Shown piece by piece: positions 41,490 through 54,713 of a stretch of DNA of 64,000 nt. Every line of letters starts with the position of its first letter. The stretch's first letter is position 1. The stretch spans positions 1,718,806 to 1,782,805 of the forward strand of contig NW_003314271.1 in the NCBI RefSeq assembly GCF_000143415.4, given 5' to 3'. The notes beneath the pieces were generated by a model. The model did no database searches. It worked only from the letters and a program-made list of their open reading frames with translations, and was not told the DNA's origin. The stretch comes from Selaginella moellendorffii (taxonomy: Eukaryota; Plantae; Lycopodiophyta). A program made the position numbers and the translations under genes.

Positions 41490-44400
41490 TTTGAGGGCCA
41501 AGTGTATAGCTATGATATTGTATATTAATATTAGCATAGTAGGATATTAATAGCCATCAAATTGATTTTAATTTGGACCACTCACTCTTGTATATAAGCT
41601 AGGGTTTCTGGGCTAATTGATATGCATATTTTCTATATTCCCTTTCCATATTCCATGCACTCACATTAGTTGAGATGAAGGGCATTTTTTTATTGTCCCT
41701 GAGGAGTGCTTGGATTTGGGATTTTGGTTTAGATCTAGCTTTTGCATCGTTTAGATCTAATTTTTTCCATTTCCTTTCTTTTGTTCTTTCCTTTCAGGAT
41801 TTTGGTTTCGATCTAGCTTTTTGCATTGTCTAGATCTCCCTTTTTTTCTAGCTTTTTGTTATTTCTCTTCTTTTGCTTTTTCCTTTTCGTTCATCTTCAT
41901 GGCAAATCAGCAATCTCCTCCTTTGACTTTGGAGTAGCAATTAGTATAATTGCCGGATACTATGCGTTTGCAATTGAACAACTGAACTCAGTTGATGGCA
42001 ACAATCACAACACGTGACCCAACTTCTCTTGCTTTTGGTGTTAATCCTCGCATTCAGCCGGAGTTCTTTCGTGGGAATCCTAGGGATGACGTGTACCATT
42101 GGTTTGATCACTTCACGATAATTGCCACATATCATTCTTAGGATGATGCTCGACGTTTATGTGAGTTTCGCATGTGTCTCAAAGCCATGGCACTGCAGTG
42201 GTACAATGGTTTGAATGCAACCACTCGTGGGGATTGGAGTGTTCTCCTAAACTTCCTCAAATGCGCATTCGGACATACTGATGATTGTGATGATGCCTTC
42301 CAGCAATTGCATCATCTTCGTCAAAGGCCATCTAAGTCAATGATGCAATTTGGTGATCATTTCCAAAGCCTCTTGTTTCGTGTGGAGCCAAATATGTCAA
42401 AGCGAATCAAGCTAGGCATGTTGTGGCCAACACTTCGTCAAAATCTTGTCGCACTTGTGCATGCATTTGCTCCAGCCACCTTTGACGGTGCTCTTTGCTT
42501 GGCACAACATTATGAGACGTTGCCTCTTCTAGTTTTTGTTGCTTGTCCTTTTGCTCCACTTCCAGTGGGTGATGGCCATGTTCCAATGGAGGTTGATGCT
42601 ACTCCTACTCAAGTCCAAGGACAAGGCCAAGGGCATGGTCGTGGCCGTGACATTCATTGTTGGGCATGTGATGAAGTTGGTCACACTTATCAACGTTGTC
42701 AGCATTTTTCGGATTGGCAACCTCCATTTCCTGGGTGGAGACCTTGGCGTCAACAATGTTCTGTTAGTGCTGCTGCAATGGAAAGTCTGGACACTGAGAT
42801 GCATCTGGGAAACAAGGAGTCACACAAGAAACAGAGGGACCTTGCGTGAATAAGTTAGTGACCCCTCTATCTTTCTTTCAGGTGTATCATCAAGGGGTTC
42901 ACTTGGCACCAATTTATCTAGTATTTACTTTCCAAGTTCATTTTTATAATAAGCACCCTCCTATTATTCTCTCTTTGTTGGTTGATATAGATTTGAGTTT
43001 ATCTTCTGTTGTTCGACATATTGCCACATGTTGCCATCTACATTTGTGTCGTGTGGTAGAACTAGTTTTCATTTTTTATGGCAAGAGCCATACACATGCA
43101 TGTGTATGAGATGAGGCAAACTTGGTTGTGCATGTGGGCGATTTCGAGCTTGGGTTGTAGTCATAGCGGGTGGTGCCAAATCAAGCTTTTGACCTCATCC
43201 TTGGTATGGATTGGTTGTAGTGCAATTATGCCAAGTGTGACTTTGAGACTTCTCCCCCTTGTCTCATATTTTCTTATGTTTCATCTATTCCTCTCACTTC
43301 TGTACCTCTTCATCCCTTTATTTCTACCTCTGCTTCCATTACTTTTTTCCCCCCACTATTTCCTCCTATGTTTCCATTTGGTTCTACTATTTCCTTTTCT
43401 AATCCCTTTGAAAATCTTTATGCTACAGCGGTTGACTGGCTCATGAAAGAGTATTTTGATCTCTTTGAATTTGACTTATCGTCTAGGGCCAAGATTGCAA
43501 CACATCATCTGATTCCAACCGGGGATGCTCGTCCAATCAAGGTTCATGTTCATCATCAGTCTCATGAGCTCAACCTCTTAGAGTCGTAAAATTTATTATC
43601 CACTCTCTTGATTACCTGTGTTGAGAGTGGCTTACAATCAAGAACACCCAAAGAGATCAAGATTTTACATGCAAACGTCAAAGAGATGTTGGAGAAGGGT
43701 GTTATTCGGAAGTCGCAGAGTTTTTGGGCATTTAAACCTCATCTTGTGACAAAGTCTTATGAGAGTATTCGTTTGTGCATTGACTATTGTTCGTTAAACA
43801 AAGTGACCATCCCGGATGTGTACCCTCTTCCTCACACTGCTGATCTTTTGGATCGTCTAGAGCGAAATCCTTGGTTCACCAAGCTAGATCTTGCTTTTAG
43901 ATATTGGCAAGTACCGATGGCTAAAGAAGATATTTCTAAGACTACTTTTTGTACACTGTTTGATTTGTATGAGTTCTTAGTGATGCCATTTGGTTTAAAT
44001 AATGGTTTTGCAACTTTTTAGCGGATGATGGACAAGATTCTTTGCAATATGCCAGAAGTGATTGCTGACTTCATTAATGATATCTTGATCCACTTAGTGG
44101 GGACATGGAAGAAGCATGTTTGTGATGTTTGTAAAGTGTTGGATGGGCTATGGGACGTTAGTTTAAAGCTGAAGCGGTCAAAGTGCATGTTTAGGTTTAA
44201 GGACACAACTTATCTTGGGTATTGTATTTCTCGTGAGGGTTTGCAAATTGATCTTGAAAAACTTGTGGCTATTCTAAAGTTCCCTACTCCGAAAAGTGTG
44301 AATGATGTGCAATGCTTCTTGGGCAAGGTGTAGTATCTTAATCGTTTTGTGGATCATCTTTTTAATCCCACTGCACCGTTGCAAGTGTTGCTGAAGTCAT

Positions 44401-46458
44401 TAACGTCATTTTTCATCTGGTCTCTGGATTGTGAGTGGGCATTCATGGATCTCAAAGAGCTCTTGACAACTCCTCTGGTTTTGGCATATCTTGACCACAC
44501 TCGACCTTTTATTTTGTGCATGGATGCTTCTGATATTGGTCTTGGAGGTGTGTTGATGCAAAAGAGCCTGAGTGTGCCTGGTCAGTGCCATCCCATTGCG
44601 TCTATAAGCTGTATATTACAACCAGCAGAGGTGAATTACTCCACAATAGAGGAGTGTTTAGCAGCAATCTAGGGTTTCGAGAAACTTCATGCATATCTAC
44701 ATGGTTCTCGGACATTGAAAGTGATCATGCTACCGTTACTTCATTATTGAAGCGAAAGAATCTGATTGGTCATACTACTCGATAGGTTTTGAAGCTTCAG
44801 ATATATGATTTTGATGTTGTTCATCGCCCTGGGAGTGCTATGGCTGATGCTGATGCCCTTTCTCAAGCTCTTTTTCCTTCTCTACTCTCTTTTCATATTT
44901 TTGGCAAGCCTATTGTTCTGGCATCTATGGATTTTCTAGATGAGGATTTTGTACCATCGATGGTTACTGTACTTGATGTTTAGTATCCACAAAGTGCAAA
45001 GCAATATCTACCTTTTCTTGATGAGGTTCTCGAGGCTCAAAAGCTTGAGCCATGGATTTTAAGGTTTCGAAATGGGTTTGAGAATTTTGTATCACTTGCT
45101 GATGACTTGCCATTCCAACATTTATATTCTCAATATTGCTTTGAAGATGGCCTTCTTTATTTTGTGGGGACGAATCTTAATGATCCTTTACAGCTGGTGG
45201 TGCCTTCCACCTTTATTTCACGGTTTCTCCATACTTACCATGATTCTCCTGTTCTAGGTGGGCATATGGGACATCGTCACATGTGACCGAGAAGCTACAC
45301 AGATCTTTCTATTGGCCGGAAATGCAACGTGATGTTATCCAGTATGTGCATAGTTGCATTTGGTGCCAAGCTCATAATACTCCCCCTCATGCTGCGGAAG
45401 GACAGTTGGAGTCAATTACAGTTTCCCATCCATTTGAGTTTGTAGCATTTGGTTTTATAGGACCTTTTCCACTGACTGTTGGTAATGAATATGTTGTTAT
45501 TGCTTCTAACTATTTGACTCGTTGGGTGGAAGTTAAAGCTCTTGCTAGTGCCTCTACAATTGCTATTGGATACTTCCTCCTTAATCGAGTGGTGTTCCAG
45601 CATTCTTGTCCAAAGTGGATTCTTTCGGATAATGGTCCCGCATTTATGGTTGAGGCATTTCATGTTTTGATGTCTCGGTTGGGGATACGCCACACTTTCA
45701 CGAGTGCTTATCATCCACAATCAAATAGTCTGGTGAAACAGCTTGTTCAGACGTTCAAAGAAATGATCACGAAGTATGTGAACTTTCAACATTCAGGTTT
45801 ACTTTCGCGATTGCCACGAGCTGCCGATGCTAGGTCGTGGGATCAATATTTGACGAGCATTTTTCCACATATCCAAGCAGAGTTTGCCAAACACTTAGAC
45901 CACGTACAAGTGGGACAACAACGGTGCTACAACTTCTATCATCGTCCACTTACGGAGTACAAAGTGGATGACTTAGTGTTAGTCTGTTTTCCCCATCTTA
46001 CGGTATGTGGTTTATCTAAGGGGCTCCTTGCTTAGTGGAAAAACCGTATCGGGTGTTGTAACAAGTTGGACCACAAGTTTATGAAGTTCAGCATAACATC
46101 CAACAAGCCGATCCTCTAGAGATTGTGCATGTGTAGTGGTTGAAACGTTTCATACCAAGGGATCAAGAATAGTTAATACCACCTACAGATCTAGTAATGC
46201 CTCCTCCTGATGTTCTTCCCGATCCCAGCCCATTTATAAAAGAACCCTGATGGTCTTCCATTATTTTGAGAGGAGGGGATGATGTGAGGGCCAAGTGTAT
46301 GGCTATGATGCCATATACTAATATTAGTATAGTAGGGTTTTGGTAGTCATTTGATTGATTTCAATTTGGGCCGCTTGTTCCTGTATATAAAGTAGGGTTT
46401 TTGGGCTAATTGATATGCACATTTTCTGTATTCCCTTTCCATATTCCATGCACTCACA
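41490..46458 (+). mobile_element. Decayed Ty3/gypsy LTR retrotransposon with 176-bp LTRs and 4-bp TSD
   Basis: LTRs 41490-41665 and 46283-46458; PPT GAGAGGAGGGGATGA 46268-46282; AATT on both flanks. gag VPMEVD and CWACDEVGHTYQRC; RT RLCIDY...KLDLAFRYWQV...MPFGLNN; RNase H DASDIGLGGVL; integrase SDNGPAF...AYHPQSN; many stops. Confidence 0.93.
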
Positions 46459-46861
46459 AATTAAATATATTATAAATATATAAACAGTGATATATATATC
46501 TGTGTGTGTATATGTATATACATATGTATATATCTGTCTCTATCAAGCACTGCAAATCCTCTCTTCATAATTTTTACCACTTGACAAATTAATTAATTTA
46601 GCATCCCACTACTTTTATATGACAAATTTAAAAGGATATCAAGTTATAATTAAATCAAAATATTAAATTACAGTATCTAATAGTCCATTATCTCTAGAGA
46701 AAATAATAATACCTTGGTAATAAATCAATAAATCTTTAGCCTTAGTTTCCGGTTAGTCGCTAATTTCCACCTAATTAATCTACACCGCTCCAAATGTACA
46801 TATAAGTAAAACGCCGGTGCTGGAGAAGAGTGGAAGCTCGCCGCCCCGCCACTTCGCTGCC

Positions 46862-48260
46862 ATGGAGGAGGCGACAATCACTCTCGCCGCCCTTTCCACC
46901 TCGCTCCTTCTCTTGTTTCTCGCGTCCCTCGAGACCATCCGCGCAGCCGAAGCTCCTCAAGTCCCAGCATTCTTCGTCTTTGGCGATTCCCTGGTCGACT
47001 CTGGCAATAACAAGTTCCTCCAGTCGCTCTCCCAGGCCAATCACTCCCACAACGGCATCGACTTCCAGGGCAGCGTTGCAACCGGACGCTTCTGCAATGG
47101 CCTCACCGTGACCGACGTTGTTGGTAAGCGCCGAGTAGCACTAAATAGTATCGTCAGCGCTACCATCCTCCTAACTTCCACCCTGTGCTGCCTTGTCTCC
47201 TTTCCCAACAGCCCAGGAGCTTGGACTTCCATTGGCACCGCCGTATCTGGATCCAAGCACCAACGGGACTGCCATCCTCAAAGGTGTCAACTACGCGTCC
47301 GGCGGAGCTGGTGTTCTCGACGAGACCGGCCTCTACTTCGTAAGATTTCTTCGATCGCTTTTGCTGCTCAACCTGTTTGGTCCTTTGCCTGGCTTTCGCA
47401 GCTGCAGAGGCTGCCCCTTGGAAAGCAGATTGAGTACTACGGCAACACCCGGTCCCAGATCATCGGCTTGCTCGGACAAAAGGCGGCGTCCCAGATGCTC
47501 TCCAAGTCTATTTTCTGCTTTGTCATCGGCTCCAATGACTACCTCAACAATTACGTTGCGCCTGTCACTGCCACGCCTCTTATGTACACCCCCCAGCAGT
47601 TCCAAGTCCGCCTAGTCTCCACGTACAAAAAGCTCCTGACTGTAAGAAGCTTCTGCCTCCTTGTTGGATTTTTCGAGAGTTCTCGCTCATCTCGGTCTCC
47701 CCGCTTCTTTACCAGGATGCGTACAAGCTGGACGCCCGCAAGTTCATCATCGCAGGAGCGGGTCCAATAGGCTGCATTCCATATCAGCTCACGGTCAACT
47801 TCCAAAGAAACAGTACCTGTGCTCCCCAACCCAACGAACTGGTTCTTAACTTCAACAAGGCGCTGAGGCAGACTGTTTTCGATCTCAACAGGCAGTTTCC
47901 GGATGCCAAGTTCGTCTATGTCAACACTTATGACACCGTCACCACCGTCATAAAAAACCCGGGGAAATACGGTAGGAGCTTCGCCATGCTTGTGAAGTTT
48001 TGAAGTTTCTGAGCTGAATGTTCCTCCCCCTTGCAGGATTTGCAAACAGCGACACGGCCTGCTGTGGCACTGGTGGCCCGTACAGAGGTCTGATCTCATG
48101 CATCCCTTCCGTCTCGGTTTGCTCCAACAGGACGGAACATTTTTTCTGGGATCCATACCATACTTCGGAGGCCGCAAATTACGTGCTTGGAAAAGGAATC
48201 CTGGAAGGGGATCAGTCTGTAGTTGAGCCCATAAACGTTCGGCAGCTAGCTCGTTTGTAA
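46862..48260 (+). CDS. GDSL esterase/lipase, 5 exons
   Basis: Signal peptide; FVFGDSLVDSGNN, TGRFCNG, GVNYASGGAG, IGSNDY, GPIGCIP, FFWDPYHTSE. Confidence 0.95.
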
Positions 48261-48356
48261 CTGAGCTCTGCTGGAAACTCCTCTTGCATTTTCAAACTGT
48301 ACACAATCTCCTAGCAATTCATTTTAATTCTTGAATCATAAGATTACCTCGAATGA

Positions 48357-50259
48357 TTACTTCTTCTGTACAGACTCCTTCGCTTGTTTTATGAGTTGGT
48401 CGACAAAACTGTCTATAGTATTGTACCACTGACCCAAGGCCTCCTCTAATCGGGCCTTACCCTTCTCATTTGTCAGCGCGTTTCCGTCAACAGCGCAACC
48501 TGGAATTGCGGAAGTAAAGTCAGTCGTTGCTAGTGAAAGAATAAACATACCTGCTTCATTGAAGACTTTGCCAACTCGTTTTTTCATCTCGTTTATAATA
48601 AGTATGTACTCTTCATCTTCAAAATCTAGCTCTTTCAAAAGGCTAGATATCTTGTCCATTATTGCCTCCATGCCAACTTTCTTTTTTGCGTCTGGATCGA
48701 TTGGAGCACTTTCGATATTTAGGTCAAAAGGCTTAGGCGAGGCTTTGATGGTGTCCATTTCCTGAAAATGTGAATTGTCCCAAATCTGCCCAAAAGGAAC
48801 TGTAAGACAACTTACATTGACAAGCTCGTTCATCCTGGCAATAATTGCAACATTCTTTTGCTGCAACTCCTTGACTGCTTGTACCATCCCGTAAACACTA
48901 TCAATCCCCAAGATGTCTTGAATGTTTGAGATCGACTTCACATCAATCCACTGCCTAAAATACTCGCTGCAATCCATAGGCTCTTTACGTTCTTCCGTCT
49001 GTAGAACATGACAGAAATGCATAAGTTTCAAGTCATAAGTCATGAATCCCATACCGATCTCGGTTGAACGTGCAAGAAGTTTTCTACAGGCTCTGGTTCC
49101 ATGACAGCCCAACCCTTCGAAGCTTCCCACATTTTGTAAGCCTCCATGTCTCCGTGCATCTCCAAGACATCTGGAAAGGTCATAACGTTAGGAGCGTGAG
49201 TTTAGAAACTTGACAATGGCTGAAGTTGCAACATAAGTGAAATACTCAACGGGGTTATAAACCTGTGAAACGCTCCTCAATGTCATTTCTCTCGTCGTAT
49301 AACAAGCTGCTAAGCTCGATGCATTTCTCCATCTCCTTCTCCTTCCACTGAAGCTCCTTCTCGAGCTTCAAACGGATGTCGTCGAAAAGTTCGCGCTCCT
49401 CCCTGATTTCCTCCATCTTTCTCTTCAGATTCCTATTTTGCCTTTCCACAATATTCAGATCAACGAGTACCTGAAACCAAAATAATGTAAGACTACCATG
49501 GTGTCACTAGATACCTTGTGAATCCGGTTCTCCGTTATCTGTATATGGATCAAAGCATTGCGATGCCTGTCACGAGCTGCATGTACTCCTCCTTGTGTTC
49601 TTTTGTAATCCAGTTTGTCGGCTTTGGATTTTTCAACCGCAAGTTCCAGCTCCTCGAGCCTCTTTGCTTCGTGCTCAACGAGTTCGCCAAACTTAGCTGC
49701 GTCCTCGTGGAGCTGAGCCATTTGAAGCTCATAGTTCTGCAAAGACGAGCAAATACGATTGATAAACCAACGAGGAAAGCATACTTACTGGTATGAAGTA
49801 ACTATCGACATTCTCTCGCAACGACTGATTATCAGTCCTGATATTCGCAAGCGTGGCCTCTTGCCGTCTGAGAATCCCCTCGCTCTCGCCATGATAGATG
49901 CGACGAGTTCCTTCGATGATCCGATATTTCTTGTGGACGTCTTTAAGCTGCGTATACTCAAACGAATCATTCATTGCGAAATTTTTTCCAAGAGTACCCG
50001 CTGCTGATTTGAGAACTCCCCATTGGAGCTTCCAGACGATCCAGGCACTGGCGATGGCACCGGCGACGGTGTAAACCGCGCCGGCGAAGGAGTTTGTCCT
50101 CGCATTCCTCCTATAACGATCCCTTCCTGCGAAGGCTCATCAAAGAATGTCGAATTCTGGACAAGATCGTAGAATCGAGAAGAGTTATCTAAACGGCGCT
50201 TACAGTATCATCACCTACAGGCACTTTGAAGGCGGTCGACCGAGCGCCAGTGAGCTCAT
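48357..50259 (-). CDS. Outer dynein arm docking complex subunit-like coiled-coil protein (ODA-DC2/ODA5; CCDC114/CCDC63 family); start uncertain (alternative ATG 50105)
   Basis: Spliced exons give LKDVHKKYRIIEGTRRIYHGESEGILRRQEATLANIRTDNQSLRE and QGGVHAA...IQITENRIHK|VLVDLN...NRNLKRKMEEIREERELFDDIRLKLEKEL, matching the recalled family pattern MGGVNAA...IRILENRLDKA...FN...N..LR..ID.LRRER..FD.IYKKLEREL. Confidence 0.75.
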
Positions 50260-50756
50260 GGGCGCGCGCCCTAGCTGGAAGGGAAGAACCCTATTTTCAC
50301 AGGTTGTTCGCTGACGTGCTTGCGCGCCAAAAGCTGACTGTGTATTATTTCAAACATAACAACGATTAGCGATGGTCGATTAAGAGTAATCCGTTTCTTT
50401 TATTTCTAAAACCCTCGCCTCTGGCCATTTCCATTACTCCCGTCTTCCTTCTCTTGGCGGAGCGGCGCGGCTTCCTTGGATTCCTGGTACGCACCGCATT
50501 CTCCAAGCTCTGTGTGGATTCTCGATCGCGATAGGAATGCGATCGTCTTCCGCCGCGCGCTGGAAATCTTCTTTGCATGCGAGATTTCTCCTCTCTTTTC
50601 TTCGCGATCTTGCCGACCGAGGCCGGGAAACGCCATAGCATCGGCGCCTTGTGCTCGGATCGATCGCTCTGTCTCTCCGGATGAAGATCCTCTCTTTCTC
50701 GCGAAATATCGAAATATGGAGCTAATCTTTGGGAATTTCCAGGTCGTTCGATCGCA

Positions 50757-51752
50757 ATGAACGCGCTCTTCCTCCCGGGGATTGTCCTCATGTGGTCGCT
50801 GCTGCCGCCTTGCTCCAGCAAGCAAGTGCTCAAGGTAGGGGGCGAGATCGGCTGGACGCAATTCAACATCTTTAGCGGCCAGACTCCCGACTACGCTGCC
50901 TGGGCATCCAAGACCACTCTCGTCCCAGGGGATGACATCGGTATGTGAAACTTAACTCTCGCAACAAAACGATTCATCGATACGAAGTTTCTAAAAGACC
51001 TAGCAGTCTTCCTGTTTTTTCCACAGCTCCACAACATTCACATGTTCCGGAACCATAGCGAGTACGTGAATTGCAACTTCACCGAGAGCACGCTCCTCGA
51101 CGAAGGGCTTTCCGGCGTGTATACTGTAAGTTCTTTCGATTTGGAGTTCTTTTTGTCGCAGGACTTAAGTATACGTGATTGATCGGGAACTGATTTTTCG
51201 TTTTTCTTCTTGTTGATAGTGGACTGCTCCAGCGCCTGGAACTTACTACTTCGGATGCAGCAAGGACTACTACTCACACTGCCAGCTGGGCCAGAAGTTC
51301 GCGATCACAGTGGTGGAGCAGTCATCCTTGATCCATCTTCCTCCGGCCGGAAGCCCAGCAGCTGCCGCGGCATCTCCCTCGGACGATTCAAGTCCAGCTG
51401 ACAATGGTTGCGCCACCGCTTCCAGCGACGATGACGACGACGACACTTCCCATGACTCCGACAGTTCGTGCTCGCCATGGGTGGACAGTCCACCAGATGA
51501 CACCCCAGTTCTCTCGCCGGTGAGCGCTCGCCACCATCCGGACGCGTCCGTGAATCCTCGACGAGTCCCGGATTTCGGCACGAACACCAAGCGTCGTCCT
51601 CCGCCCCGCTCGTCTTCGGTAAGCTTCCAAAGTTTTTTGCGATCGATGGATCGATCATCAAGATTTTTCGTTTCTTCCAGGCTCGCGAGTTTCACGCCCG
51701 CGCTTATGCCATTCGAGGCTTGATCGTCTTCGTCCTCAACCTCGTCCTCTAG
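50757..51752 (+). CDS. Phytocyanin (stellacyanin-type) with Pro/Ser/Asp-rich tail and hydrophobic, GPI-like C-terminus
   Basis: Four exons: VGGEIGW...DYAAWAS...GDDI|VF, HNI, YYFGCSKDYYSHCQLGQKF (Cu ligands H, C, H, Q); ends GLIVFVLNLVL*. Confidence 0.85.
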
Positions 51753-52149
51753 GAAGTCCGCGCTAAAGAAAAACTGGGAAGAATTTTGACCGTCTGTTCG
51801 TATGGAGAATATGCGTCAACGTGTTAGAGGATATGCTCCACGTAGAATATACTATGTAGATTCGCGGGAGGTCACTTTGATCCTCGTCCCATGACAGGAA
51901 CCAACGAACCTGTCTAATAACGAACAATTTGCTTTATTCCATTCTTAACAGGGACCATTCGTTTCCTTTCCTTTGCGCAAGAGCTCACATTTTCTCCCCG
52001 GGAGGAAATTTTTTAGGCTTTGGCGCTCTGGTTCTTTTGGGGCAAGAAAGAAAGAGATTGAGAGCGATCGAATGCGGCAGGGAGGATCGGCCTTCTTGAT
52101 CTTGGAGCAAGAAAGGAGGAGGATCATCCGGCCGGGGCCGCGCGATCAA

Positions 52150-54058
52150 ATGCCGGGGAGATCGAGGTCAGCGCCAAGAAGAGCTTGCAGCTCTTCGTAC
52201 CCCCCTTTTTCTCCTCTGGTGCTCTCGATCGCGCTCACGCTTGTCACGGCGATGAGACTTGGATCGTCGTCGGCGGTGGGATTTGGGGTGAACTGGGGAA
52301 ATATGGCATCGCACAGGCTCCCCGCGGAGGTTGTGCTGCGAATGCTCAGCTCCAGCAATATCACCAAGCTCAAGCTCTTCGATGCCGACTCGAAGATCGT
52401 CGGTATGTTTGCCAACAGCGATGTGGAGCTCATGGTCGGGATTCCAAACGAAATGCTGGACAAGATCGCGAACAGCCCCCGGGCGGCGCTGGATTGGGTC
52501 AAGGAGAATGTGACCCAGCATCTCCCCGAGGTGAAAATCAGGTACTCTTTTCTTCCAAGATCAAAGTAGCGGTTATTTTTCTTTCTTTCTTTTTTCCTTC
52601 TTCGTTGCATGCTGGGGTTTGTTCCTATATTTTTTCGTGGTTTTGATGTTTCCTTACTGCATGGTCGCGGTTTGATCGTAGACACGAGTGATGGATATTA
52701 AATTTTAGTTTTTTTCTCTCTCTTCACCGATCGATCAATCGATCGAAAACTTGCTAACTTCTTTGCTCTTTTTTTTCTTTCGTTCCAGATATGTGGCAGT
52801 CGGGAACGAGCCCTTTCTCAAGGCATACAACGCAACTTATGAATCCGTCACCCTCCCAGCGCTCAGAAACATCCAAGGAGCGCTGGACAAGCTCAACTCA
52901 GCGGAGCCGATCAAGGCGGTGGTTCCTCTTAACGCCGACGTTCTCAGCGATGGCGGCTCCCCCTTACCATCGGCGGGACTGTTCCGGCCCGACATCCAGC
53001 CGCTCATGGACACGCTCGTCTTAACTCTCGCCAAGCACCAAGCTCCCTTCGTCGTCAACATATACCCGTTCCTCAGCCTCCACCAGGATCCACACTTCCC
53101 GCAAGAGTTCGCGTTCTTCGACGGCAGCAACACCGGCGCTGCCGCCATCCACGACTTCAATGGCAACACCTACACAAACGTCTTTGACGCGAGCTACGAT
53201 CTCCTGGTTGCAGCGCTCAACAGGAACGGCTTCCCGGACATGAAGATCATCGTTGGAGAGGTCGGGTGGCCGACGGACGGGGACGTGAACGCGAATCCAG
53301 CCAACGCGCAGCGCTTCAATCAGGGGCTTCTCGCGCACATCACCAGCGGCAGGGGGACGCCGCTCCGGCCCAACCAGGAGCTCGACGTTTACCTCTTCGC
53401 GCTCATCGACGAAGATCAAAAGAGCATCCTTCCCGGCAACTTTGAGCGGCACTGGGGGATATACACTTACGACGGCCGAGCAAAGTACGAGCTGGACGTG
53501 CTGGGAACAGGCCTCGCCAACTTTTCCAGCGACGTCCAGTACTTGCCGTGGCGGTGGTGCGTGCTCAATCCCGAGGGCGACATGACCAAGCTCGCCAAGA
53601 GCGTCGACTACGCTTGCTCGCACGGTGACTGCACAGCGCTCGTCTATGGCGGCTCTTGCAACCACATTGGCGATCAAGGCAACGCCTCGTACGCTTTCAA
53701 CAGCTACTACCAGATCAATAACCAGGAGGAGGAGAGCTGCGTCTTTGACGGGCTGGGGATGATCACCACTGCGAATCCATCCACCGGGGGCTGCGAGTTT
53801 CCCGTCCAGCTCAATCCGCTCGCCTCGTCCTCGACGTCTTCCACCGCGACGCTCATGTCCTCCGAGAGCAGCAGCGTCGGGCAGTCGATGCTCCTGGCGC
53901 TGCTCCTGGCAATCGCGCAGCTGGTGCTGGATTTCGACAAGCTTGCGTCGGGATGGATTTCATCGAGGAGGAAGAAATCCAAGCTTTCGAAGTTGACGAC
54001 TAACGGGCAGACTACGATCACGAAGACGAAGAAGCCCGGCATTTGCAGGATATACTAG
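52150..54058 (+). CDS. Glucan endo-1,3-beta-glucosidase (GH17) with X8/CBM43 domain
   Basis: Two exons: GVNWG, KLKLFDAD, YVAVGNEPFL, VNIYPF, IVGEVGWPTDG, GNFERHWGI; X8 WCV...YACSHGDC...NASYAFNSYYQ. Confidence 0.95.
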
Positions 54059-54713
54059 GTATCTTCTATAGAGAAGATTGTCATGCTAAACAAATGGAAG
54101 ATGACACTTGACATGATTATCACGCAAAAGTTTTGATGAGATTTTCGAATCTTCTAAAGGTAAATGTTAGCTCAAACACAATGGAAGATTTTTTAACCTT
54201 CTAAAGGTATCTTTAAGCTCATGGATTATATAGTTAAGTTTGATCAAGACTAATATTAACTCAAACGATTGATTGGTGGTCACTGGATAAGAGTAACATC
54301 CACGCAAGGCGGGACCATTTCCACGTAGCGTGCCGCCAGCGTACGGTACAAATTGCTACGTCACTAACGTGTCGAGACTCCGCTACTGTACGCGCACGTG
54401 TCGCCACATATATGGCCAGAATTTATTTCTCTGCTATCTTTAACTAATAAACGTTGGCCCGCGTTACGAGAATCCCCCTAATTTTAGCGGCTTCGGCTTA
54501 TCCACAGGAATATGCCTTCGAGCTTATCCAGTTTTACCCCAGTTTGTGGGCGTTTGGGTAAACTCAAACCCTTTTCGGCCCTTTTTCTTGGCAGAGTATA
54601 TAAGCACGAGAGGAGTGATGCCTTTCTAGGGCAACGATTTCCTTGCGTTGTGTCGATCGAGAGAGGGAAAGCGAAGCGAGCGAATTTGCGTGAGAAGAAA
54701 GAGGGCAAGGCGA

